From positions 1 to 29,026 of the IMG/VR virus record IMGVR_UViG_2671180727_000014: a stretch of 29,026 nucleotides of DNA. The stretch is one strand, 5' to 3'. Position numbers and translations under genes: made by a program. This document shows positions 1 to 12,046 of the stretch, in pieces. Within the stretch, counting starts at the first letter, position 1. Each line of letters starts with the position of its first letter. This stretch comes from a virus. Lineage: Duplodnaviria; Heunggongvirae; Uroviricota; Caudoviricetes. The notes under the pieces are model-generated. The model ran no database searches and had not been told where the DNA came from. It saw only the letters and a program-made list of their open reading frames with translations.

Positions 1-3590
<3,590 letters not shown>

Positions 3591-3616
<26 letters not shown>

Positions 3617-3794
3617 GTGTTTTTACCTTTCTGGTTTTTTTGATTTTGTCATTGGGGAAGCCTACGAACTTCCCATGCATCGAAATCGCAACTTCTTTTG
3701 CTGATTGGTGACAATCGGGCTTGTCTGGACACACCAGACAAGCCTTACCAGTTTCAGAAGCAGCGATAAGAGAGCCGAAACATCCTTTACGCAC
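3591..3794 (-). CDS. small Cys-containing hypothetical protein (67 aa), overlaps dnaE start
   Basis: ORF fills the gap between the AAA+ gene and dnaE; contains a C-x2-C-x5-C-H cluster (GKACLVCPDKPDCH). No recognisable domain. Confidence 0.3.
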
Positions 3795-3796
3795 GA

Positions 3797-5032
3797 TTAA
3801 CCAAATATTTTTTGAACAACTTCACGAGCCGCTTGTGCAGAAGCTGAAGGGAGTTTGTTAATGAAAGAACGCTCAATACCTGTCACAAAGTCGCCTCGCA
3901 TCATTCCAATCTTGGCCGACAACAAAAGTTCACGAGGGCCAATTGGCTGACTGATAAGGTGTTCTTCGTATCCATCGCGAACGATACCGGCAAACTTAAC
4001 CATCTTTTCTGCGTATTCATCCACGATACCGGCATTTATCAACATGTTGATCTCTGCCTCTTTGCTCATGTATTTCACATTCGAAACGATGCCAAAACGT
4101 GAAAAGTTCGCGGCGTTCTGGATGTTTGTACCCTGGTACAAGCCGGTTTCATCACCAGAACCGTTTGTGTTGCCAGTGCCAATGAAAGCAAACCGTTCAT
4201 GCGGAGTAATGCGACGCCATTCTGGAGTTGCCTCTTTGATGACCAACGCCTCACCTTCCAGCACTGGCTGATACACGCCAAGAATTTGTGGAAACGCAAA
4301 GTCGTATTCATCCGCGAGGTAAACCCAGCCATGCTTCATTGCGAGCGCAAGCAAGCCAGGCTCGAAATACGTAGAGCCATCACGCGCCAGAATTTGCCCC
4401 GTAACATGTGCCTCTTCCATTGATGCTGTATGTTGGGCACGGATCAACGGACGATTGAGCAAAGCACATAGCTGTGTAGGCAATGACGATTTGCCTGTTC
4501 CTGCATGACCCCACAAATAGCCAGGTATGCCAAGTTCAAGCATCATGAAAATATCTTTGATCAGTTCGAAGTCGCCATATACGTAGCCCTTCTTCACTTC
4601 TGGAACGAACTCTGGATACGGCGTATTGACGTTGACGCTAACCATGAGCGGCGTCCCACGTTTTGTTCCGAGTTCTTCCACCGTTACGTTTAGCAGTTCG
4701 TGAGCTGCGACCAGATCTGTCTTGTACTCAACTGTGCCTGTGTAGCCTGGGCTACTGGTCAAGCCAGAAGATTTCGCCATTTCGCTTTTTTGCTCGGCAC
4801 GTTTAGCTTGAATTGCATCAAGTGCCTTTTTCGATAGCGTTGGTTCATCTGGAAACTGCGTTGTGTACATTTTCAGTACGGTGTCAGGATCGGCATCTTT
4901 TACTGACTCAGGAATGCCCTCGCAATTACCATTGGCTACATGGGACTTAAAATAGTGAAATGATTTGCCGCACCACTTGCAAACAAGGTAATCAGAAGGA
5001 TTTTTATCATTTTGCAGTGCAGTAGTAGTCAT
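3797..5032 (-). CDS. AAA+ ATPase of the MoxR/CobS-like class, 411 aa
   Basis: Walker A GHAGTGKSS and Walker B-like VYLADEYD; N-terminal Cys cluster (CKWCGKSFHYF...GNC); sits immediately downstream of a vWA protein on the same strand. Confidence 0.8.
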   Translation of the reverse strand: MTTTALQNDKNPSDYLVCKWCGKSFHYFKSHVANGNCEGIPESVKDADPDTVLKMYTTQFPDEPTLSKKALDAIQAKRAEQKSEMAKSSGLTSSPGYTGTVEYKTDLVAAHELLNVTVEELGTKRGTPLMVSVNVNTPYPEFVPEVKKGYVYGDFELIKDIFMMLELGIPGYLWGHAGTGKSSLPTQLCALLNRPLIRAQHTASMEEAHVTGQILARDGSTYFEPGLLALAMKHGWVYLADEYDFAFPQILGVYQPVLEGEALVIKEATPEWRRITPHERFAFIGTGNTNGSGDETGLYQGTNIQNAANFSRFGIVSNVKYMSKEAEINMLINAGIVDEYAEKMVKFAGIVRDGYEEHLISQPIGPRELLLSAKIGMMRGDFVTGIERSFINKLPSASAQAAREVVQKIFG

Positions 5033-5093
5033 GCGCTTTTCCTTTGTTCTCTAATGAGCGTTCAAGTTCTTATATAAATATACCATTAACTAT

Positions 5094-5111
5094 GGTAAGT
5101 AGTTACTTATC
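5094..5111. promoter_or_regulatory. palindrome-family site GGTAAGTAGTTACTTATC upstream of the AAA+ ATPase gene
   Basis: TAAGTA-GT-TACTTA inverted repeat, about 60 nt upstream of the ATG at 5032. Confidence 0.35.
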
Positions 5112-5127
5112 ATTAAGGCTGTTTTAA

Positions 5128-7236
5128 TTACTTCAAAATGATACGAGATAGTTCAGTAACTACAGATGAACCAAGACTATCAACACTAGTTACCAGGGCA
5201 TGATTTGCGTAAAATCTCTCCGGTGCATCAGTCATGATGCCAATTGCCATCAAATCAATGTCAGTCTGCGTTTCAATTTGCTTCGTAACCGAACGCAAAT
5301 GGGCGTCAAAACCTCTCCCAACAGCCCACGGCGCGCCATCGCTCAGAACAAGCATGATCTTCCTGTCCTCCAAGCGACCGGAAAATAACGATGCAAGGCT
5401 GGCTATGCTTTCACCATCCACGTTATTAAGAAGTGGGAATGTGTAGCCTACGCACCCCATACGTGAGCGAACTTCGCGAGAATTTGCTTTTTCATTCCAA
5501 TTTTTGATGATAGGTAGCATTAAAGATTCAAAGCGAGAGAACTCATATTTGATAGCCTTAAGTTCTCCTGCTGCCATATGACTGCCAAATGTAGTGAAGC
5601 CGGTGATAATGTTGGGAACATTTATTCGATCAAGTGCATCGGCGATGGTATATGCACTTGCAAGAGCTAGTTTTATCGTTTCGCCACTCATTGAACCCGA
5701 TAAATCAATCACTTGTTGAACACAGGCGTTAACGGCTTTAGATTCTTCTTTTTTACGAAACACGCGATCATCATTCATTGTTAATCTGTAGATACTTGAA
5801 CCATGAATGCGCCCCCGACGCTGGCCAGGTATAAACTGAACTCTGTTTCTGCTTGCTATTGCACGTTCCAGGTCTTTTGCCAGCGTCGACGAAACACCTG
5901 ACGAAAGGTGCTTTTCAATATATTTGTCGAAGAGTTGGTTGCCTTCAGGAACGATGCGATAACGGCTGATTGGATATCCACCTAAATCAATATCGGAGAA
6001 TGTTTTAATAAGCCGTTTGATATGGGCTTCTGCCTGATCAATCGAGCCGATGAAGTCGTATGAGCGATTGTATGGCCTGTATTCGCTTTTCGAGCTTTCT
6101 GTTAACTCGCTTTTAATCGTTTCGGATAGCGCATCTTCTGTCATGCCTCCGACTTCATCTTCCATGCTATCCAACTCCTCTAAAGCCTCTTCCAGACTCA
6201 TTTTTGACGGAGTTGGAATGTCTGAAGAGCCGTCTTCTGTCGTTTTTCTTTTTTCGTGGTCAGCGGTTAATGATTCTGACGCCGCGTTATCAGAAGCATC
6301 AGAATCTGATACCGCTTTATCATTTTCTGTATCATCGAATATTGTTTCTGATGATTCAGGATTATCTGAATCATCACTGTCGTTATTATCATGTTTGTGC
6401 TTACTATGTGACTCTGATTTAATAGATTTGTGATTATCTAACGATGAGGGTGTCTCATGATCTTCGTTGTCTTCATTGTTTTCTCCAGAGGCATCCGTCT
6501 GGTCAGCGTCTGAAGGATCGGAAGTTTTTCCCGGAGCTGACTCCTTACCTTTGCTTTCACTTTCAGTGTCTTTGAGGATCTTAGCTATGGTCGCAGCCAC
6601 CTTTACACAATCCTCGGTGCAAGACATGTTACGCACGGCCACATCGATACCATGTTCTTTTAATAATGAAATTGGTTTCTCAATGACAGGCCAATATTCA
6701 TCCATGAAATCTACGAACGGTGCTTGGCCATCCCAGGCTCTTACAACCGGACAGAGAAAGAAGTTTAGAAAAAGCGCGCGCTGATCTTTGCCACAATAAG
6801 CAATAGCCTCTGAAGCCTTTGGTTTAAAGACTTTTTCGATTATAAGGCGCTGAGTTGCCATCAGATTACGTCTTGTTCCGTTAAAGACCTGACCCATTTT
6901 TCGCTCGATGAACACGTCTTCTAAGGCATTCCATAGCGACCAGGAAGGAACGCGTCCTTTTTCTCTCATTTTGTTGGACACACGAATATCGGTAAACAAA
7001 ATGTGAGCAACCTCATGATCGAGAAATCCGCGCACAGCATTCATCAATGCCGGTGTTGCGTTATCCGGGATTGATGGGATGTTTACGAGAATTGGCTCTC
7101 CATCATCGTTATAGCGTACATAAGCGTCGTCCCCTCGTTCTGCAACAGGGATGTTTTTACCTGAAAGGAGAGCGACTACTCGTTTTACACTGTCACGGAA
7201 GTCCTGAACCTCTTTGATGGAACGTTTTTTAGACAT
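5128..7236 (-). CDS. von Willebrand factor A (vWA) domain protein, CobT-like partner of the AAA+ ATPase, 702 aa
   Basis: C-terminal vWA/MIDAS motif VIDLSGSMSG (DxSxS); central ~130 aa acidic Ser/Asp/Glu-rich low-complexity linker (DSDDSDNPESSETIFDDTEND...). Confidence 0.8.
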   Translation of the reverse strand: MSKKRSIKEVQDFRDSVKRVVALLSGKNIPVAERGDDAYVRYNDDGEPILVNIPSIPDNATPALMNAVRGFLDHEVAHILFTDIRVSNKMREKGRVPSWSLWNALEDVFIERKMGQVFNGTRRNLMATQRLIIEKVFKPKASEAIAYCGKDQRALFLNFFLCPVVRAWDGQAPFVDFMDEYWPVIEKPISLLKEHGIDVAVRNMSCTEDCVKVAATIAKILKDTESESKGKESAPGKTSDPSDADQTDASGENNEDNEDHETPSSLDNHKSIKSESHSKHKHDNNDSDDSDNPESSETIFDDTENDKAVSDSDASDNAASESLTADHEKRKTTEDGSSDIPTPSKMSLEEALEELDSMEDEVGGMTEDALSETIKSELTESSKSEYRPYNRSYDFIGSIDQAEAHIKRLIKTFSDIDLGGYPISRYRIVPEGNQLFDKYIEKHLSSGVSSTLAKDLERAIASRNRVQFIPGQRRGRIHGSSIYRLTMNDDRVFRKKEESKAVNACVQQVIDLSGSMSGETIKLALASAYTIADALDRINVPNIITGFTTFGSHMAAGELKAIKYEFSRFESLMLPIIKNWNEKANSREVRSRMGCVGYTFPLLNNVDGESIASLASLFSGRLEDRKIMLVLSDGAPWAVGRGFDAHLRSVTKQIETQTDIDLMAIGIMTDAPERFYANHALVTSVDSLGSSVVTELSRIILK

Positions 7237-7334
7237 GGCTAATCCTTTGTTATGAAAACAAATTATTTACTAGTGTGTTTAATGTAGCACTGCGCGAACA
7301 GGGAACTAAGTCATTCGCGCAGGGAGAAGAGGGG

Positions 7335-7547
7335 TTAACAGATTCTGACGGCTAAAGACCCGGAGCCGGTATTGAGAAGCGTGAAGCGTTTGTTGTTAAG
7401 TTCGAATATAAAGCCAGTTGTGTCATTCACACCAACCTGAATCTGCTCATTCGGTAGATCGGTGAGGATGTCAGCTACACACTCATCAGCTAATTTCTGT
7501 ACGTGTCCGATCTCAAGAGCGATTAGGCTGGAAATAGTGGTGTTCAT
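7335..7547 (-). CDS. hypothetical protein (70 aa)
   Basis: ORF only; position between the vWA gene and the divergent regulatory region. Confidence 0.3.
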   Translation of the reverse strand: MNTTISSLIALEIGHVQKLADECVADILTDLPNEQIQVGVNDTTGFIFELNNKRFTLLNTGSGSLAVRIC

Positions 7548-7724
7548 TCAATCAATCCATTCTAACTTATACTATGGTAAGGAATACTACTAAAATTTGT
7601 ATCAATACTGAATACATTCATATCATATGCAAGTTGATTTTCTTACCTATTTTGGGCTAATTTTTCTCCGTGCAATGGCCTTTAACCGGTCTTTTAAGTG
7701 CCTATCGAAAAAAATGATAATAGC

Positions 7725-7767
7725 TTTACAACCCTAACCTTTGATGTAATATCGGTAAGCACTTACC
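7725..7767 (+). promoter_or_regulatory. sigma70-like promoter (TTTACA-16nt-TAATAT) with a perfect palindromic operator GGTAAGCACTTACC just downstream of the -10
   Basis: TTTACA at 7725-7730, TAATAT at 7747-7752, palindrome GGTAAG-CA-CTTACC at 7754-7767, about 30 nt before the ATG of the HTH gene at 7799. Confidence 0.5.
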
Positions 7768-7798
7768 AGAGAGAATTGAACGCGCAAAGGTTGTAACC

Positions 7799-8185
7799 AT
7801 GTCTGATAACAAGATTGAATTTATAGAAAGTCGCTACGCTGCTTTTATCGCAGGGTTGATTGAATCCTCACCTATGAGTCAGGCCCAAATAGCCAGACTT
7901 ATTGGTTACAAAAATGCCAACAACCTTTCTTTAATTAAAAGTGGCAAAATTCCTTTGCCTATCGATAAGGTTCGTCCGTTGGCGCTGGCGCTGGGTATTG
8001 AGCCAAGTCGTCTTATGATGATGGTGCTGGAAGAACGCCAACCTGAACTCGCAGCATTTTTATACAAAGAAGGCACCGCTCCTCTTAACGAGGACGAAAA
8101 ACAGGTTCTTGCTGCATATAACGAGCGATTCGGTAAAGAGAAAGGCGCATCACAAAAGGTTGTTGAGGCCATAAAGTCTCTATGA
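7799..8185 (+). CDS. helix-turn-helix (XRE/Cro-CI-like) transcriptional regulator, 128 aa
   Basis: HTH-like segment SQAQIARLIGYKNANNLSLIKSGKIP; divergent from and convergent-overlapping with the recombinase gene; palindromic operator in its own promoter. Confidence 0.6.
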   Translation: MSDNKIEFIESRYAAFIAGLIESSPMSQAQIARLIGYKNANNLSLIKSGKIPLPIDKVRPLALALGIEPSRLMMMVLEERQPELAAFLYKEGTAPLNEDEKQVLAAYNERFGKEKGASQKVVEAIKSL

Positions 8186-9283
8186 AAAATTTACACGAAT
8201 AAGCTCTGTTGATAGACGATCTCCCTTAAATTTGTGGTCAATTTCGTCTAAATCCGGTTGCTCTACGATTGATGCGATGTACGTCGAGAAACTTTCTAAG
8301 GCGTCTCGCATCTCGTCCATATAATCGTGCCGGTCGTAGACCCGATCTATCCCCTCAAGACTGTGGTTCATGATTTTACGTGATACCTCCTGGCTTATGC
8401 CTAATGCTGGGAAGTAACTACGCGCAGTACGGCGCAAATCTCGGGGTGTAAATGGCTCAAGCTCCATCAGTTCTGGTCGTTCCAGAATACGACGTAATGC
8501 CTGGGCTATTGCCACTTTAGACATAGGAAGGTCTTTCCCGATTTTTTTATTCGAAGGCACGAGCCACTGGCTGTCTTTACCATATTCGAACAACTCTTCA
8601 ATACAAGTGCGCATTAATGAGCTTAAAGGCAGAGAATGCTCACGGGCAGATTTGTTCCTCTTGCCTTGATTCCAAACCCCACGCTTAAGATTGAACTCAC
8701 TTTTTTTAGCCCGCAGTACTTCGTCAGGTCGTCTTGCGGATACAAGACATAGCCTGGCCGCCCATTTTGTACCAGCACACACATTGAAGTAGTCCCATAT
8801 ATTCCAGAACACCCATACCTCTGCGTCGGTCAGCTTCCGCTCGCGAGGTGTGGGCTTTGCGCCACCGGCAACTTTGTTAAGTGACATATCGTTTAACGGT
8901 GACACGTCTATCATCCCCTGGAAGGCGCACCAGCTAAGGAACTGCTTCATCAGAGAGAAAACGCGGCGGCCCATAACAATTTTGCCATCCAGTATTAGTG
9001 GGTTGACCAGTTGGTTCACCATGAACCTATTAATGTCACTTACTTTTACATCGGCAATGTGCGGCAAAACATGTATCAAAATACAATGAACAGCGATCTC
9101 TGGCCGACGTCTGGTTATCAGCAGAGATAAGCGAGTGAATAACATGAATGCGTCCGAGAATCTCATGTCATTGCTGACCTGGGAGATCATAACGGCCTGC
9201 ATTTGAGATGCTCTTTCGAGATACTCTATCGCCTCTTTTGAGGTGTTCTCCGCAGCGCGTGCTCTGTCAAAGCTATTTTTCAT
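8180..9283 (-). CDS. tyrosine site-specific recombinase (integrase/resolvase family), 367 aa
   Basis: C-terminal catalytic-region pattern: ...ARRPDEVLRA..., FTPRDLRRTARSY (HxLRxT-like box), IMNHS, and the putative catalytic Tyr in RVYDRH. Confidence 0.75.
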   Translation of the reverse strand: MKNSFDRARAAENTSKEAIEYLERASQMQAVMISQVSNDMRFSDAFMLFTRLSLLITRRRPEIAVHCILIHVLPHIADVKVSDINRFMVNQLVNPLILDGKIVMGRRVFSLMKQFLSWCAFQGMIDVSPLNDMSLNKVAGGAKPTPRERKLTDAEVWVFWNIWDYFNVCAGTKWAARLCLVSARRPDEVLRAKKSEFNLKRGVWNQGKRNKSAREHSLPLSSLMRTCIEELFEYGKDSQWLVPSNKKIGKDLPMSKVAIAQALRRILERPELMELEPFTPRDLRRTARSYFPALGISQEVSRKIMNHSLEGIDRVYDRHDYMDEMRDALESFSTYIASIVEQPDLDEIDHKFKGDRLSTELIRVNFS

Positions 9284-9381
9284 ATGACAATCACCGAGTT
9301 ACGCCGATGCACTGTATAAGTAAACAGTATATTAGGCATAGATTCTTATAGGATCAAGAGTAAAAGTAACTCATTTTCAGC

Positions 9382-9414
9382 AATGATTCCATACATAGTA
9401 GGTATGGAATCATT
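9382..9414. repeat. lox/dif-like site: perfect 13-bp inverted repeats flanking a 7-bp asymmetric spacer (AATGATTCCATAC-ATAGTAG-GTATGGAATCATT)
   Basis: Read directly from the sequence; lies about 100 bp upstream of the tyrosine recombinase start codon (9283). Confidence 0.55.
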
Positions 9415-9493
9415 TAGACGTTGTTTTTTGAATTTTAAGGGAAACAGGAGTGAGTTTGGTGGGAATAAAAACGGCTCTTGTGAGCCGTTTAAA

Positions 9494-9739
9494 TCAGAGG
9501 GTGCTGACGTATGCAGCCAGTTCTGTGTATCCGCCAATCGGTTGGCCATTGATCAGTACCTGGGGGATAGTCTCTACCGGTTTACCAACAATTTCACTAA
9601 GTTTTTCCTTGTCGATACCGGCAGTGGTGATGTCGATGTACTCATAATCACCGTAGCCATGTCCCTTTAGTTGCTTCGCCAGCTCGACCGCACGTTTGCA
9701 GTATGAACAGTTATCTCGTCCGTAGATAACGACTTTCAT
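9494..9739 (-). CDS. glutaredoxin-like redoxin (NrdH/Grx-type), about 81 aa
   Basis: Thioredoxin-fold signature with CxxC active site: KVVIYGRDNCSYCKRAVEL. ORF track starts at a GTG at 9742; the adjacent ATG at 9739 is the likelier start. Confidence 0.85.
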   Translation of the reverse strand: MKVVIYGRDNCSYCKRAVELAKQLKGHGYGDYEYIDITTAGIDKEKLSEIVGKPVETIPQVLINGQPIGGYTELAAYVSTL

Positions 9740-9864
9740 CACTTCACCTCGTGCAACTGCTGTTCATTAACGATGATTGTGCCAATTTCGCAGTAGTGGA
9801 TACATGGTTTTGACTTCAGTGCCTGATGAGCTGCGCGACGCGCCTGTTTACGTTTGTTTCCCAT
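9739..9864 (-). CDS. small basic protein (41 aa, MGNKRKQARRAAHQALKSKPCIHYCEIGTIIVNEQQLHEVK), translationally coupled to the glutaredoxin gene
   Basis: Hand-translated from the minus strand; its TGA stop overlaps the glutaredoxin ATG (ATGA overlap); AAGGA about 8 nt upstream of its ATG. Below the ORF-track size cutoff. Confidence 0.3.
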   Translation of the reverse strand: MGNKRKQARRAAHQALKSKPCIHYCEIGTIIVNEQQLHEVK

Positions 9865-9912
9865 ATTGAGTCCTTTTAAGTGAATAATGAAAGAACTATA
9901 CCGACAAATAAT

Positions 9913-9928
9913 AGGTAAGTCATTACCT
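9913..9928. promoter_or_regulatory. palindromic site AGGTAAGT-CATTACCT upstream of the small ORF/glutaredoxin operon
   Basis: Inverted repeat AGGTAA/TTACCT; member of the dispersed GGTAAG/CTTACC palindrome family. Confidence 0.4.
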
Positions 9929-9943
9929 ATTATTTGTGCATTA

Positions 9944-9964
9944 TCCCTCTACATAGTAGAGGGA
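9944..9964. other. perfect hairpin (9-bp stem TCCCTCTAC/GTAGAGGGA, 3-nt loop) just downstream of the HNH gene stop
   Basis: Read directly; no clear U-tract on either strand, so terminator function is uncertain. Confidence 0.4.
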
Positions 9965-9976
9965 TATCGTCATGAC

Positions 9977-10789
9977 TCACGGCAGTTTTGCTCTAATTTC
10001 GAGTAATTTCTGTGCCGTTATGCTGATTTCATACGCCAGATCTTGTGTTTGGTTAATGATTCCGTAATAGCGCTCAACCTGATCAGGATAAAAACGTCTG
10101 ATATGGGGGATATCGATATAATCATAATACCCAAGCCCTCCAGCAGAATGTTCTCTGAACAGCGCCCAAAAGTTGTTCACTTTCCCGACCAACTCCATAC
10201 GGATTGTTTCTAAAACAACATCATTGAAGCTGTAAAAGGGGTTATGGGCAATATTATCAAATGCGTAGAGAGGGTCGGTAATGTCGGTGCTAACTTTTGC
10301 CCGGAACTGTTCGCTCTTCAGCATTTGGAGGTAGTTGTAATTAAAAATATCAGTAATGGCTTTTAAAACACCGACGTCTCTTTCTGAGTAATTGTTCTGA
10401 CTCACCTGGTGCGTCATCTGTAGCAGAAGAGATTGTTGAGTTTCGGCCAGCTGCTTCCAGTTTTTCAATTGCTCAACGGAATAGATAGTGTAGTCAGAGT
10501 CAATGAGTGCGCCATGTGAACGACACATCCATATACCGTTATCAATCGAGCTTCGCTGTTCTGGGGTTAAGCTAGGATCATATCTCGGTCCACCTGGCGC
10601 TGCTGCTGTAATATGTGCCGCAATACCATTATTAATCCTGCTGTTTGTATCACTGCTATCTGGACCTACAGTTGTCTGGTTGCAGCCAGGATAAGAGCAC
10701 TTCCAGCCTACGCGTTCGGCTAGTGTTCGCTTCACCGATGGGGAAAAATCATCTCTGTTACTCACATTTAACCTCGCAGTGTTAAACAA
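9977..10789 (-). CDS. HNH-nuclease-domain protein with a C-terminal domain of unknown function, 270 aa
   Basis: N-terminal HNH-like motif: GWKCSYPGCNQ ... AAHITAAAPGGPRYD ... DNGIWMCRSHGALID. The C-terminal ~170 aa has no motif I recognise. Confidence 0.65.
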   Translation of the reverse strand: MFNTARLNVSNRDDFSPSVKRTLAERVGWKCSYPGCNQTTVGPDSSDTNSRINNGIAAHITAAAPGGPRYDPSLTPEQRSSIDNGIWMCRSHGALIDSDYTIYSVEQLKNWKQLAETQQSLLLQMTHQVSQNNYSERDVGVLKAITDIFNYNYLQMLKSEQFRAKVSTDITDPLYAFDNIAHNPFYSFNDVVLETIRMELVGKVNNFWALFREHSAGGLGYYDYIDIPHIRRFYPDQVERYYGIINQTQDLAYEISITAQKLLEIRAKLP

Positions 10790-10796
10790 TCTATGG

Positions 10797-11351
10797 CTAT
10801 TTGCGTTTGTCTTCTTTCAAGCGTGAAACTTTAATCATCTTATCGGTGATAGAAAGCAATGTTACACCCTCTTTTTCGTTCACAAAGCCTGCACCGTTAA
10901 TCACCATTACTAAACGATCCTTCCCTCGATAGACTTCATAATACTTGCCTGCACCACAGGTCTTTGTCTCAATACAGTCCATACCTGAGATAGCTTCTTG
11001 GTCGAAAATTCTGTCTTTCGTTGCTACCGGTTTTCCGTACTCCCTTGTCATCATTTCACCGATCTGCATGAACGTATACTTACCGACATTTGTCGTTAAA
11101 GACGATTCAACCTTTCCATCAATGAGATTTCCATGCGTATGTGGTTCCTGTTCATTCGGTGCATTTTTATCTTGAAGAGCGAATACCTCAATACTGGGTG
11201 TTTGCTCTTGGAACTGGGCTTTATAGTTCTGTGCAAGATCGCTTTTATCTCTACCTATTAAGGTAATTTTGTCGATCTCCGATTCGTTACATCCCGTCAG
11301 AGCGAGCATGATTACCAGAGAGGCAAGAATATTGAGGTTGCGCTTATTCAT
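10797..11351 (-). CDS. lipoprotein (signal peptide with lipobox LTGC), about 184 aa
   Basis: MNKRNLNILASLVIMLALTGCNE; GGAG about 8 nt upstream of the ATG at 11351 (ORF track starts at an upstream GTG at 11378); 8-nt gap to the HNH gene on the same strand. Confidence 0.65.
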   Translation of the reverse strand: MNKRNLNILASLVIMLALTGCNESEIDKITLIGRDKSDLAQNYKAQFQEQTPSIEVFALQDKNAPNEQEPHTHGNLIDGKVESSLTTNVGKYTFMQIGEMMTREYGKPVATKDRIFDQEAISGMDCIETKTCGAGKYYEVYRGKDRLVMVINGAGFVNEKEGVTLLSITDKMIKVSRLKEDKRK

Positions 11352-11478
11352 TGGCTTATCTCCATGTTTTTCTGCCACATCCTGTCACCCACATGCAGGC
11401 AGTCTAATGCTGCCGTTGCTAAATGAAGACCCAAAAGTGGTAAAACCATACCTGGAAATATTCTGGAGTCAACCCAGT

Positions 11479-11503
11479 AAAAAAGGGGCCGAAGCCCCTT
11501 TGA
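11479..11503 (-). terminator. intrinsic terminator downstream of the tRNA cluster (minus strand)
   Basis: Minus-strand reading gives AAAGGGGC-UUCG-GCCCCUUU followed by a U-tract (plus strand: aaaaaaggggccgaagcccctttgaatttt). Confidence 0.7.
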
Positions 11504-11575
11504 ATTTTGCGCTGAAAAAAGTGTTGCTAGGATGTTAGCAAGCTATGGTTAAGAACGTCTGCCGTAATTGTCTAT

Positions 11576-11653
11576 CACAGCGTTGAGCGGTCTGGTTTAT
11601 GTTAGCGGAGTCTTAATCTGGGTGATTAAAAGGCCAAACCGCTCAACGCTGTG
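11576..11653 (-). other. 78-nt structured element: perfect 15-bp inverted repeat (CACAGCGTTGAGCGG / CCGCTCAACGCTGTG) enclosing a 48-nt loop, directly 3' of tRNA-Ser
   Basis: Read directly; no tRNA T-arm motif, so not a canonical tRNA. Confidence 0.45.
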
Positions 11654-11655
11654 TC

Positions 11656-11742
11656 TGGCGGAGAGTAATGGAATCGAACCATCATCGCTTGCGCAATGGG
11701 ACGGTTTTCAAGACCGCTTGAGCACCATGCTCCCTACTCTCC
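11656..11742 (-). tRNA. tRNA-Ser (anticodon UGA), long variable arm, CCA encoded
   Basis: Reverse complement GGAGAGT...GCGGT-CTTGAAA-ACCGT...GATGG-TTCGATT-CCATT-ACTCTCC-G-CCA: 7-bp acceptor stem, anticodon loop CU-UGA-AA, T-loop TTCGATT. The D-arm is not fully resolved by hand. Confidence 0.7.
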
Positions 11743-11966
11743 GGCCGTTGTGGTGGCCGGTACTGAATCTCCGGCATACGGTGCAGCCAATTAGGACTAC
11801 GGACGATCACCGCTCGCGAAAGGGAAGATTTGCGGCCGCATTTCCCTAACATCCAAGAAAGCTATCGCATCAGTCTGCGAATCCACCACAACGGTAAGAT
11901 CACTACCTTTCGACCAGTCATTGTGCACATGAACGACGATTAACCGTAATGATCTTATCGTTGTAT

Positions 11967-12042
11967 TGGTGCCGGTTAGCGGACTCGAACCGCTGACATC
12001 CTGCTTACAAGGCAGGCGCTCTACCAACTGAGCTAAACCGGC
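11967..12042 (-). tRNA. tRNA-Thr (anticodon UGU), CCA encoded
   Basis: Reverse complement GCCGGTTTAGCTCAGTTGGTAGAGCGCCTGCCTTGTAAGCAGGATGTCAGCGGTTCGAGTCCGCTAACCGGCACCA: perfect 7-bp acceptor stem, anticodon loop CTTGTAA, T-loop GGTTCGAGTCC. Confidence 0.85.
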
Positions 12043-12046
12043 AATT

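Noticed and set aside
8180-9414. Calling the recombinase an integrase with an attP site
   Set aside because: The adjacent site is a symmetric lox/dif-like inverted repeat rather than an attP with a tRNA-matching core, and partition/TA genes suggest episomal maintenance, so resolvase function is at least as likely. Left as tyrosine recombinase.
11745-11835. Possible fifth tRNA between tRNA-Ser and tRNA-Thr (GC-rich with CCGGCC inverted repeats)
   Set aside because: I could not fold a canonical cloverleaf: the acceptor stem mismatches and there is no TTCGA-type T-loop. It may be a degenerate remnant; a tRNA predictor should decide.
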